A stretch of DNA of 64,000 bases from an uncultured Alphaproteobacteria bacterium (GCA_963792635.1 CAWBWX010000007.1:3975-67974); one strand, 5' to 3'. Counted from the first letter of the stretch, positions 1-9,090 are shown. Notes: generated by a model from the letters alone, not told the origin. A program made the numbers and translations.

Positions 1-1585
1 GAATCAGGACGAGACCAATTCGCAGGCGTCGACCCAGCAGCAGGATCAGCAGATCGACGAGCTCGCCGAGAAATTGAAGGAACTGGCGCGGCGCCAGGAG
101 CAGGAGATCGAGCGTCAGCGCCGATTAGCGTCCGGCCAATCGGCCGGCAGCGCCGGCGGCGATCTGCAGCGCGCGCTGGCCGAACAGGCCGGAAGAAGCG
201 GCGCGCCAACTGGAGAAACTGTCGCGCGATCAGAACCGCCAGGATCTGGCGGATACCGCGCGGCAATTACGCAACGCCGCCGACGCGATGAAGCGCGCGG
301 CCGCGAAGGGCGATCCGTCGGCCGCCGGTCAGGCCGCGGCCGCGGCCGATCGTCTGCGGGAAGCGCAGCGTCAGTTGACGCGCAACCAGACGGCGCGCGG
401 CGAGCGCGACGTCAAGGATGCGCAGCGCCAGGCCGCGGAGATCGCGCAGGAGCAGGAAGACATCGCGCAGGGATGCGCAGGGGTTGCCGCAAGCCGGTCC
501 CGATCGGCTGCCGAAGGCGCAAATGCTGGGACAGCGCAAGGACGCGCTCGAGAGCAAGGTGGCCGAGCTCGAGAAGCAGCTCGATCGCATGGTCGGCGAA
601 CAGACCCGCGATTCGCGCGACACCGCGCGCAAGCTGACCGAAGCCGCGTCGGGCATCCGCGACAACAAGGTCAAGGAAAAGATCCGCTACTCGAAGAGCC
701 TGCTCGGATCCGGCGCGCCCGAACAGTACGCGCGAAACTTCGAGGAAGAGATCGGTTCGAACATCGATTCGCTGCGCAAGAAACTCGACGAAGCATCGTC
801 CTCGGCTGGGCAGCAGGGCCGCGATCGCAGCGGCGATGCGCTCGACAAGGCGCGCGAGCTGGCGCGCGGCGTCGATTCGCTCGAGCCGGCGGATGCAGGA
901 GCGGGGACAACAAAACGCCAAGGGGCAAGGCGGGCTAAGCGGGTAAGGCTGGCCAGGCGGGAAGGAAGGTCAGGCAGGCAAGGAAGGCCAGCAGGGCAAG
1001 GAAGGCCAGCAAGGCTCGTCAGGTCAGCAAGGTAAGGAAGGTCAGAGCGGTCAGTCCGGCCAGAGTGGTCAACAGGGATCGCAGGGCCAGGGCAAAGAGG
1101 GCCAAGGCGGTCAGTCGGGTCAGGGTGGCCAGCAAGGCCAGGGTGGCCGTGACGGTAACGGCGACACCGCCGGGGGCTTCCGCGATGGCGGCGGCGGCAC
1201 CGGCGATCGGCAGCCCGTACGGCTACTACTTCGGTCCCGATGATGTTCGCCAGTTCCGCGGCGAGGCGCGCCGCTGGGCGCAGGAAGGGCAGGCCCTCCG
1301 CAATCTGCTGCGCGAGCAGAACGTCGATCCGAAAGAGTTCGACGAGATCATGAAGCGTCTGCGCGAGCTCGACTCCGATCGTGTCTATCAGGACGCCGAA
1401 GAACTGGCGCGTTTGCAGACGTTCGTCTCGGAAGGCTTGAAGCGTTTTGAGTATGCGCTGCGCCGCAAGGTCGGCGACGAAACCGATCGCGCGCTCGTCA
1501 ACGGGTCGGAAGAAGTGCCGCCGAATTCAAGGCGCTGGTCGAAGAGTATTACCGCTCGCTGTCGAAGGGCAAAGCGAAGCAATAA
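1..1585 (+). pseudogene. 5'-partial coiled-coil protein with Gly/Gln-rich low-complexity middle; no family recognised; frame-disrupted as assembled (>=5 breaks)
   Basis: The sensible reading hops frames near 205, 470, 900-950, 1200 and 1525. It runs ...ELAEKLKELARRQEQEIERQ..., then KDALESKVAELEKQLDRMVGEQ..., then GQ-rich, then YYFGPDDVRQFRGEARRW..., then PPEFKALVEEYYRSLSKGKAKQ, with stop at 1583-1585. Confidence 0.5.
947..1215 (+). repeat. Coding low-complexity tract: Gly-X-Y / Gly-Gln triplet repeats (GQAGKEGQQGKEGQQGSSGQQGKEGQSGQSGQSGQQGSQGQG...)
   Basis: Translation of the frame starting at 968 gives 13 consecutive G-X-Y triplets, then GQ-rich sequence. The DNA is ggc/ggt-cag periodic. 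Confidence 0.7.
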
Positions 1586-1593
1586 GAAATACC

Positions 1594-1663
1594 GAATAAC
1601 AACGATAACGAACACGAAAATGAAGCGCTCCTTTTGTTATTCGTTATTTGTTGTTTGTTATTC
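1594..1663. repeat. AT-rich imperfect inverted repeat bracketing the DUF4159 start codon
   Basis: Complementary blocks: 1594-1602 GAATAACAA with 1655-1663 TTGTTATTC; 1605-1612 ATAACGAA with 1640-1647 TTCGTTAT; 1614-1620 ACGAAAA with 1632-1637 TTTTGT (one bulge). The ATG at 1620-1622 sits at the loop edge. Confidence 0.7.
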
Positions 1664-2456
1664 CGCTGCCTTCATCGCCGAGGCACAGCGCGGCTTCGGC
1701 GGGCGCGGCGGATGGGGCGGTGAGGTTGGCGCGCCGCCGAAGTTTCCCACCGTCACGGACTTCGACGGGTCGTGGCATTTCTGCCGCCTGATGTATCGAC
1801 AGGTCCGCTCCCAGCAGCGCGGCCTCGGCTGGGGCACCGACTATCCCAACGCCGACATCAATTTCTCAACCCGCCTCTCGGAGCTGACCAAGGTCCAGGT
1901 GGGCCGTGACTCGGACGGGCCGAATCACCTCGTCGTGCGGCCCACCGATCCCGAGCTCTTTCAATGCCCGTTCGTCATGGCGTCCGACCCAGGAAGCGCG
2001 GGATTTTCCGCGGAAGATGCCGAGGGCCTTCGCAACTACCTGTTAAAAGGCGGCTTCCTCTGGGTCGACGATTTCTGGGGACCGTGGGCCTGGGAAGCCT
2101 TCATCGCCGAGATCTCGAAGGCGCTGCCGCCCGGGAATTTCCCGTCAAGGAGATCACCGCGGATCATCCGATCTATCGCGTGCTGTTTCCGATCTCCAAG
2201 ATTCCGCAAGTGCCGTCGATGCAGTTCTGGCGGATGACCGGCGGCGCCACGTCCGAAATGGACGAAGTACAGCACCACCGCGCACATGGCGGCGATTGCC
2301 GACCAGCAGGGCCGCATCATGGTGCTGATGACGCACAACACCGACATCGCCGATTCGTGGGAGCGCGAAGCCGACGATCCGCAGTTCTTCTTCAACTTCT
2401 CGCCGAATGGCTACGCCGTCGGCTTGAACGCGGTCCTCTACGCGCTGAGTCACTGA
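1620..2456 (+). pseudogene. DUF4159-family protein with N-terminal signal/TM segment; 2 frame breaks (~2140, ~2268)
   Basis: Motifs WHFCRLMY...GWGTDYPNADINF, LRNYLLKGGFLWVDDFWG, ADHPIYRVLFPI, and C-terminus MTHNTDIADSWE...NGYAVGLNAVLYALSH. Frames go 0 to 2 to 0. Confidence 0.7.
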
Positions 2457-2503
2457 TCAGGGATCAGGGATCAGGCGATCAGGTCGCCAGGGATCAGTGG
2501 ATC
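2455..2503. repeat. Tandem heptamer tract (GATCAGG)x4 plus degenerate units, filling the gap between convergent stop codons
   Basis: GATC at 2455, 2462, 2469, 2477, 2492 and 2500. It spans the DUF4159 stop (2454-2456) to the Lon-N gene stop (2494-2496). Confidence 0.85.
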
Positions 2504-3129
2504 GTGCCGCTGCGGTCGGCTGCATCCTTGACCATCGCTTTCATCTCCAGCAGTTCGACCATCGATCGGCAGCGCGCCAGCGGTCCCTGTCGTTCGAGCA
2601 ACGCCAGTTTCTCCATCGGCTCGAACTCCAGGTATTGCGCGAGCGCGTTGACGAGATCTTCGTCGGGCATCGCGTCCGGCAATCGGCCTTCGAGGCCGCC
2701 GGTGAAGAGCGGGGTCAGCAGGTGCTGCAGCTTCGTTCGTTCGCGGCGGAGCTCGTCGCGATCGCCGGCGCTCACCCGTTCGTCGATCGGCGTGATCACG
2801 GCGCTGCGGTAGAGCCGCCCTGCCGCGGGCGCTTCTTCGCTGCTGATTGAAAACTTTTCGAGGCCGCGCAGGATCAGGTTGTAGCGGCCGTCGTCCAGCG
2901 TCTCGACGTGCGTGATCAATCCCGAACAGCCGGTCGGGTAGATCGGCGGCGTGCCTTCATAGTCGTCGTCGTAACCCGGACGCAGCGTCACCATGCCGAT
3001 GATGCGATCGCCGGCGAGCGCGTCCGCCACCATCTGCCGGTAGCGCGGCTCGAAGATGTGCAGCGGCAGAAAGACGTTGGGAAACAGCACGACCGACGGG
3101 AGGGGAAAAAGCGGCAGGGACAGGATCAT
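2494..3129 (-). CDS. Lon N-terminal (LON substrate-binding) domain protein, stand-alone
   Basis: Intact 211-aa ORF. N-terminus LPLFPLPSVVLFPNVFLPLHIFEPRYRQMV is the typical LON-N motif. No ATPase or protease part. Confidence 0.8.
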   Translation of the reverse strand: MILSLPLFPLPSVVLFPNVFLPLHIFEPRYRQMVADALAGDRIIGMVTLRPGYDDDYEGTPPIYPTGCSGLITHVETLDDGRYNLILRGLEKFSISSEEAPAAGRLYRSAVITPIDERVSAGDRDELRRERTKLQHLLTPLFTGGLEGRLPDAMPDEDLVNALAQYLEFEPMEKLALLERQGPLARCRSMVELLEMKAMVKDAADRSGTIH

Positions 3130-3225
3130 GACGATCTAGGATCTAGATTGCAGATCTGCTGATTGATTGTTGATCTGCGATCTGAAGATCTGAAATCAAT
3201 CAGAATCTGAGATCGACATCTGAAT
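3130..3225. repeat. GATC/ATCTGA-rich low-GC spacer between the vWA stop and the Lon-N start, with a 10-bp perfect inverted repeat
   Basis: Seven GATC in 96 nt (3133, 3140, 3153, 3172, 3179, 3187, 3211). GATCTG occurs 4 times. Inverted repeat CTGATTGATT (3159-3168) / AATCAATCAG (3194-3203). Confidence 0.85.
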
Positions 3226-4511
3226 CTAGTGAATGGTTTTGGTCTTCTTGTCCATGTAGTCCATCAGGACGTACTGACCGAGCGTGTAGGGGGTCGTGAA
3301 ATAGGCCTTGCCGCGGCACATCGCGGCGACCCGGCGCACGAACGCGACCAGGTCGTAGTCGCGCGCCAGCATGAACGTATTGATCATGATGCCGGCCTTC
3401 GCGCAGGCGGAGACTTCCGACAGCGTTTCAGCCGATCACGATCGGGTCGAGGCCGAACGGGTTCTTGTAGATGCGGCCGTCGGGCTGCGTCAGCGCCGAC
3501 GGCTTGCCGTCGGTGATCATGACGATCTGGCGCATGTCCTTGCGCTGCCGTTCGAGGATGCGCCTGGCGACGCGCAGGCCTTCGCGCGTGTTGGTGTAGT
3601 ACGGGCCGACGCGGACGCGGCCGAGCTCGCGGATCGGAATCTCCTCGGCGCTGTCGTGAAACAGCACCGCGTGCAGCGTGTCGCCCGGATACTGCGTGCG
3701 GATCAAATGCGACAGCGCCATCGCGACGCGCTTGGCCGGCGTGAAGCGATCCTCGCCGTAGAGGATCATGCTGTGGCTGCAATCGAGCATCAGCACCGTC
3801 GCGCACGAGCTTTGATACTCGCCCTGCGCGACCATCAGATCCGGTATTCGATGTCGATCCCTGATCCCGGCTGCCCGATCCCCGATCCCTGATCCGCGCC
3901 TGCTGTCTCTTGACTGCATTCAGGATCGTTTCGGTGACATCCAGGTTCAGCACGTCGCCGAATTCGTAGGGCTTCGGCGCGCCGCTGGTCTCGATGCCGG
4001 TCGACAGGTCGCGCGTGTCGTGACGGCCGGTGCTGCTGTGACCGGCGGAGCCGAGCAGATCGCGCAACGCGCGGTAGCCGAGGAAGTCCAGCGCCTTGTC
4101 GGTGACTTCGAACTTGACCTCGGACGGCTCGCCGTCGTTGCCGCCGCCCATCGCGCGCCGTGCCTTTTCGGGCTCGAGATCGGGAGGCGTCGAAATGTAG
4201 CCCGACTCCTTCATGCGTTCGATGATTTGCTCGATCAACTGTTCGAGCTGCTCGCGCGCGGCGTCTTCGTTGCCCTCGGCCGCGTCACCGAACATCTTCT
4301 CGAGGAGATCGTCAGGCAGCACGCCGCCGTTGAACAGCGCTTCGAGAATCGCGTCGTGCAGCGCCTGCATCGTGCGATCGCTGTCATCGCCGGTGTCGCG
4401 CGGGTTCCCGAACCCGCTCGACATCAGCAGGTCGGACAGCTTCGACATCAGCTCGTCCATGTCGAGCTCATCGAGCAGGTTGGGAACGTACTTCGTGTAT
4501 TTGTATTTCAT
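3226..4511 (-). pseudogene. vWA-domain protein (partner of the upstream AAA+ ATPase); 2 frame breaks (~3880 inside the heptamer tract, ~3425)
   Basis: N-terminus MKYKYTKYVPNLLDELDMDELMSKLSD...; vWA core [30 protein letters not shown]...[10 protein letters not shown]; C-terminus [55 protein letters not shown], with stop at 3226-3228. Confidence 0.8.
3856..3897. repeat. Six tandem 7-nt units (GATCCCT GATCCCG GCTGCCC GATCCCC GATCCCT GATCCGC) inside the vWA CDS linker
   Basis: Direct reading. The unit is the reverse complement (rotated) of the GATCAGG unit at 2455-2483. Confidence 0.85.
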
Positions 4512-4568
4512 TCGTCAGAGACGCTAAAACCGTCATCCAAACGCTTAGGGCATGGCTTCAGCCAGGCC

Positions 4569-6101
4569 TCAGTTGTAATACCGTTTCTTCTTCCGCCCGC
4601 CGCCCTGGTTCTCGTCCTCGTCATCGTCGGGAGTGAGAACGGCGCTGCGCGGTTGCGGCTGCTGCGGACGACGAACCGGTTCGGCGCCGTGGTAGCCGCG
4701 CAGGTCGCTGCGGCTGATCTTCTTCTGCGAATACAGGCCTTCGAGCAGGAAGTCGATGGCGGCGGCGATCGGCCGGCGCCGGCGCCGCGCGATCGATGCC
4801 GGCTCGCGAGGTCGCCAGATCGACAAGACCCTGGACGGCTGATGCGTCGCGCACCAGCGTCGCGGCGTCCGTGGTATCCGACAGACTCAGCGATCCGCCG
4901 AGGTCGAACCACTCGATGATCGATTTCGCATCCGCATCTGCGAAGTAGGCATCGAACACACTCGCGACGGCGGCTCGCACCAGATCGCGGCCGACCTGAT
5001 CCGCGCCCTTGAGCTCGCCTTCATATTCGAGCTCGAACTTGCCGGTCATCGACGGCAGCGCCGCATAGACGTCGGTGACGCGGGGCACCACGGGCGATTC
5101 ACCATTGGCGAGCGCGCGACGCTCGGCGTTCGAGATCACCGTTTCGAGCACGCTGATCGGCAGGCGCTGACTGACGCCGGAACGCTTGTCGATCTTGCGC
5201 TCGGTGCGCGCCTGAAACGCGATCTCTTCGACCACCTCGCGGACATAGCGCGGCACATCGATGGCGCGTGCCGCGCGAGACCCACGCTTCCTGTTCGGTG
5301 ATGGTCAGGGCATCGGCGCGGCTGTGCATGTAGTGCGTGCGGATCTCGGCGCCGATGCGATCCTTCAACGGCGTGATGATCTTGCCGCGCGCCGTGTAGT
5401 CTTCGGGGTTGGCGGTGAACGCCATCAGCACGTCGAGCGGCAGGCGAACCGGGTAACCCTTAATCTGGACGTCGCCTTCCTGCAGGATGTTGAACAGGCC
5501 GACCTGGATCTTGCCGGCCAGATCGGGCAGCTCGTTGATCGCGAAGATGCCGCGGTTGGCGCGCGGCAGCAGGCCGAAGTGCATCGACAGCTCGCTGCCC
5601 AGTTGCAGGCCGCCCTTGGCGGCTTTGATCGGATCGATGTCGCCGATCATGTCGGCGATCGTCACGTCCGGCGTCGCGAGCTTCTCGACGTAGCGCGCTT
5701 CGCGCGGCAGCCAGCGAATCGGCATGTCATCGCCTTCGGCCTTGACGCGGTTCTGGCCGAACGCCGAGAGCGGCGCGATCGGGTCGTCGTTGATTTCGCT
5801 CTCCGGGATCACCGGCAGCCATTCATCCAGCAGCGTCGTCAGCGCGCGCAGGATGCGTGTCTTCGCCTGGCCGCGCAGGCCGAGCAGGATGAAGTGGTGG
5901 CGCGCCAGCACCGCATTGACGAGCTGGGGGATCACCGTGTCGTCGTAGCCGATGATGCCGGGAAATAACGTCTCTTTCGTTCCGCAGGCGCTCGGACAGG
6001 TTTTCGCGGACCTCGTCGCGCACCGGGCGACGGCGGATCTCACCGCGCGCGATGGCTGCTTTCAATTGTCCGAGGGTCTCGATGCGTGGCGAGGACGACA
6101 T
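4569..6101 (-). pseudogene. AAA+ ATPase of the ChlI/MoxR-like (Mg-chelatase-like) type; 3 frame breaks (~5965, ~5250, ~4800)
   Basis: [42 protein letters not shown] (Walker A-like), [12 protein letters not shown] (Walker B-like), [24 protein letters not shown]-terminus IDFLLEGLYSQKKISRSDLRGY...KKKRYYN. Confidence 0.75.
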
Positions 6102-6690
6102 ATTGCCTATTATGACTCCTCGCGTGCGTTTGTAGTTGCGCGCGCCGTCGCGCGATATGGCCGACCGTGCGTTCGATCCGGAAGGCGCGCAGCGGGGCGG
6201 AGAGGAGCCGACTCCTTTGTAGCACAGGGGAATCGAGGGCGGAGGCGACGGTCAGAGACTGGTCACAGGCAACATTGACGGTCGCGCCGAACGTGAGCAG
6301 GGCCGGACCGTCGATTTGCCCAGCCCTCGCGGAGCGCCTGCAGGAGCGAATGGCGGTCGGCCGTATCGCGCGCCGTCGCGAAGCGCACGCCGTCCGCCTG
6401 GACAGCCGGTCGTGACCTCCGCGGATCGCGACCAACGTTCCACGATGCGTTGCCGCGATCCGTCGAGGAACGCGGGAAACCGCATCTCGCTCGCCGGATT
6501 GCGCTGCATTTCTGAGACGCGCGCTTCCGATTTCTGCCTCGCTGGAGCGGAAGCACGCGTGCAATCCGTCTCACTCGACGCGGTTTCGATGGCACCTGAG
6601 TCCGCGTCCCTCGAGTCGGCCACGCCCGGCAGTCCAGGCGGGCGTCACGCGCTTCGTGCCGGTGCGGCGCGTGAACGCCGCGCCGAGGCT

Positions 6691-7536
6691 CTACTCGATC
6701 GCAGAAAACTCCGAGCGATACAGCGCGTGCCCGCGCAAACGAGGGCTCACCTCCGGCCGGAGCACGTTCACCATGAAGGCCTCGGCCGGAACTTCCCATT
6801 CACACGTCAAGCCCAGCGGCCCCGCAGGAGCGAACCCAAACCGAGGATAGAACTCCGGGTGCCCGATGACGACGACGAATGGACACTTCCGCCCGCGAAG
6901 CCGCTCTAGCCCCTGCGCGACGAGCCGACTGCCGATGCCTTGACGCTGAAACGACGGGCTGACCGCCATCGGGCCGAGCGCTGCTCCAACCTCACCGGCC
7001 ACGTTCACCGGACTGAACACGATATGGCCCACGACAACGCCCTCCGAGATGGCCACGAGGGCGAGCGTGATCGCCCCGGCGTCGCGAAGCGCGTCAACGA
7101 TTCGACCTTCTTGCTCTTGATCGAAGGCCTGACGATTCAGTTGCCGAACGGCGTCGATATCCGCCGGCTGTTCTTCGCGGATCTCAATCAAGTGGCTCGT
7201 TCCGCCGAGTGATCCGCCTCGATAGAACTCGATCAGGCCGGCAATGTGTTGCAGCAGCTCGCTGGGCAGCTCTTCCCTGCGGATCACGCCAGCCACGACC
7301 GCCGAGGCGATTGCGGGCTCGAGGTGGCTCGTGTCGTACCGCTTCCAGATGTCGCGTGAAGCTCCTTGATGGAAGCGATGAACGGTCTCGTTGAGTTCGA
7401 AGGAATCGATCTCTTGGCGCTCCCAGCGATCGAACTGGGCACGAAGCTCGCCCAACGCTTTGCTCAAATCCCGTTCATGAGCAACGCCGGCCCATTCTCG
7501 AACCAGACGTCTGATGTGCTTAGAGGTGTCGTGCAT
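6691..7536 (-). CDS. Single 281-aa ORF: about 115-aa helical N-terminal part of unknown family fused in frame to a YhbS-like GNAT N-acetyltransferase
   Basis: GNAT part IEIREEQPADIDAVRQLNRQAF...QRQGIGSRLVAQGLERL...IGHPEFYPRFGF. An internal TTG at 7189-7191 could be a separate GNAT start. Confidence 0.7.
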   Translation of the reverse strand: MHDTSKHIRRLVREWAGVAHERDLSKALGELRAQFDRWERQEIDSFELNETVHRFHQGASRDIWKRYDTSHLEPAIASAVVAGVIRREELPSELLQHIAGLIEFYRGGSLGGTSHLIEIREEQPADIDAVRQLNRQAFDQEQEGRIVDALRDAGAITLALVAISEGVVVGHIVFSPVNVAGEVGAALGPMAVSPSFQRQGIGSRLVAQGLERLRGRKCPFVVVIGHPEFYPRFGFAPAGPLGLTCEWEVPAEAFMVNVLRPEVSPRLRGHALYRSEFSAIE

Positions 7537-7649
7537 GCGTCGCCCACCAGTCTGCGACGGCGCGAAGTCCGTCGGCCGGCGAAGCTTAACATGGCAGCGG
7601 GATCAATCCGCGCCGGCGCGGAGACGCGGCGAGGTCTCTCTTGGAGTAG

Positions 7650-9090
7650 CGTTCGACTGAGCCGTATCTGGACTCCGTTGTCAATCACGAGACAGATCGA
7701 TCCCCTCCTGTCGTTGTCGATGCGACGGTCCGAAGGCGCGGCGATCACCGCAGCTCGGAGGATCGGACAGCAGTCGTATCTTCGGCCTCAGTCGCTGGAG
7801 CAGAGCTCCGGGCCATCATGGAATCCGCGCGCGAGGTCGCAATCGATAGCATCGGCTTCGTGAGCCAGGCTCAGTCTCGGGATCCCCTCGCGCCGGTCCG
7901 ACCGGTGCGCCAGTGATCGCACCGCTGTCCTTCGGAGAGAGACGCGCGCGCGACGCGGTCGGCGGCGCGGCGTCGCCGCGTTATCGTCGCCGCTGCGCGT
8001 CCAGACGCCAGACGATGCGCGCGAGCTTATTGGCGAGCGCGACCGCGGCGACATTGTGGCCGCGACGCTCCTGGGTCCGCAGCGCCCATGACGCGTAGCG
8101 ATCGGGATCCAGCGCTGCCGCTTCGCGTGGCACAGCACCGAGCGCGCGCCGTTGATCAGAGCTGACGCAGGTAGACGTCGCCGCGTTTGCTGATCCCACC
8201 GAGCCGCGCTGAGGCCTGAGGAGTGTTCTTTCGCGGTGAGCCCGAGGGCACTCGCGAAGTGGCGGCCGTCCGGAAATCGTTTCGCCTCGCCGATCCGCGC
8301 GACCATCGCGCTCGCCGTCAGCAGTCCGATGCCCAGAATCGTCTGCAGGCGGATCGACGTCGGGCATCTGCTCGGCGAGGGCGGCCAATTGCCGCTCGAT
8401 CGCGGTATGGCCGCTTCCAGACCGACGATCTCCGCGCACAGCGTCTCGAGCGCGGGGTGCAGCAGGATGCGGCATCGGGCCATCCGGCGTCAGCTGCGCG
8501 CGCACCGCCGGGATGACGCGCGTGGCCCCTACGGGAATGCGTGATCCCAAACTCGCGCACAGACCGCGCAGCGCATTCAGCCGCGCGGTGCGCGTGGCCA
8601 GCCACGTCGCGCGCATGCATGTGGAGGGCCGCAACGGCTTGCTGGTCGATCGATTTGACAGGCACCGCGTGGATCTCGTCACTGCGATGCGGCGTCAAGC
8701 ATCGCCCGGGTGTCGGCGCGGTCGGTCTTCTGGCGACGGACGAATCGATGCACCTCATGGGCGGGAGCAGCCGCGGCGTATGGCCGAGGCGCTGGAGCGT
8801 GACGCGCCCAGTGATGCGCGCTGCCACACGCCTCGAGCAAGACGGTCGCCGCTGGCTGCTGCGCAAAGAACGGCAGCATCTGGCTGCGCCGCAGCCGATG
8901 CTCGCTCGTCACCTGGCCGACGCGATGCGAAACGGCGACTTGAAACACGGACTTGGCAAGATCCACGGCGATCGTCGTATGCTCCATCCGGACTCCTCCT
9001 TGTTTGGCCCTTGAGGCCGTGCTCGTGGCACATGATGCCGCGGAGGCAGGATCGGCAATCTACGTAGGGACTCCGCGTCGGCGCGGCACG
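7650..9090 (-). mobile_element. IS110-family insertion sequence (IS1111-like layout); ends not defined, coordinates approximate
   Basis: Contains the transposase remnants listed below. Only about 120 nt lie between the transposase start and the next gene, against about 440 nt of non-coding DNA 3' of it. Confidence 0.5.
7981..8987 (-). pseudogene. IS110-family (DEDD) transposase, heavily frame-disrupted (>=5 breaks)
   Basis: N-terminus MEHTTIAVDLAKSVFQVAV...LLEACGSAHHWAR...RRQKTDRADT; middle LQTILGIGLLTASAMVARIGEAKRFPDGRHFASALGLTAKEHSSG; C-terminus GHNVAAVALANKLARIVWRL. The pieces lie in three frames. Confidence 0.8.

Noticed and set aside
2455-3897. GATC-containing repeats as a possible CRISPR array
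   Set aside because: The units are only 7 nt and directly tandem, with no spacers. There is no 24-48 nt repeat/spacer periodicity and no cas genes in the window.
6691-7191. GNAT as a TacT-like toxin of a type II toxin-antitoxin pair
   Set aside because: The GNAT has YhbS-like features, with C-terminus ...HPEFYPRFGF..., and the upstream module shows no RHH/DUF1778-like antitoxin signature. It is kept only as a low-interest note.
7668-9080. 8-nt direct repeat GGACTCCG (about 7671 and about 9069) as IS target duplication or element ends
   Set aside because: An 8-mer shared between two windows of 130-260 nt is expected by chance about half the time, and IS110-family elements do not make such duplications. 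It is not usable to define the ends.
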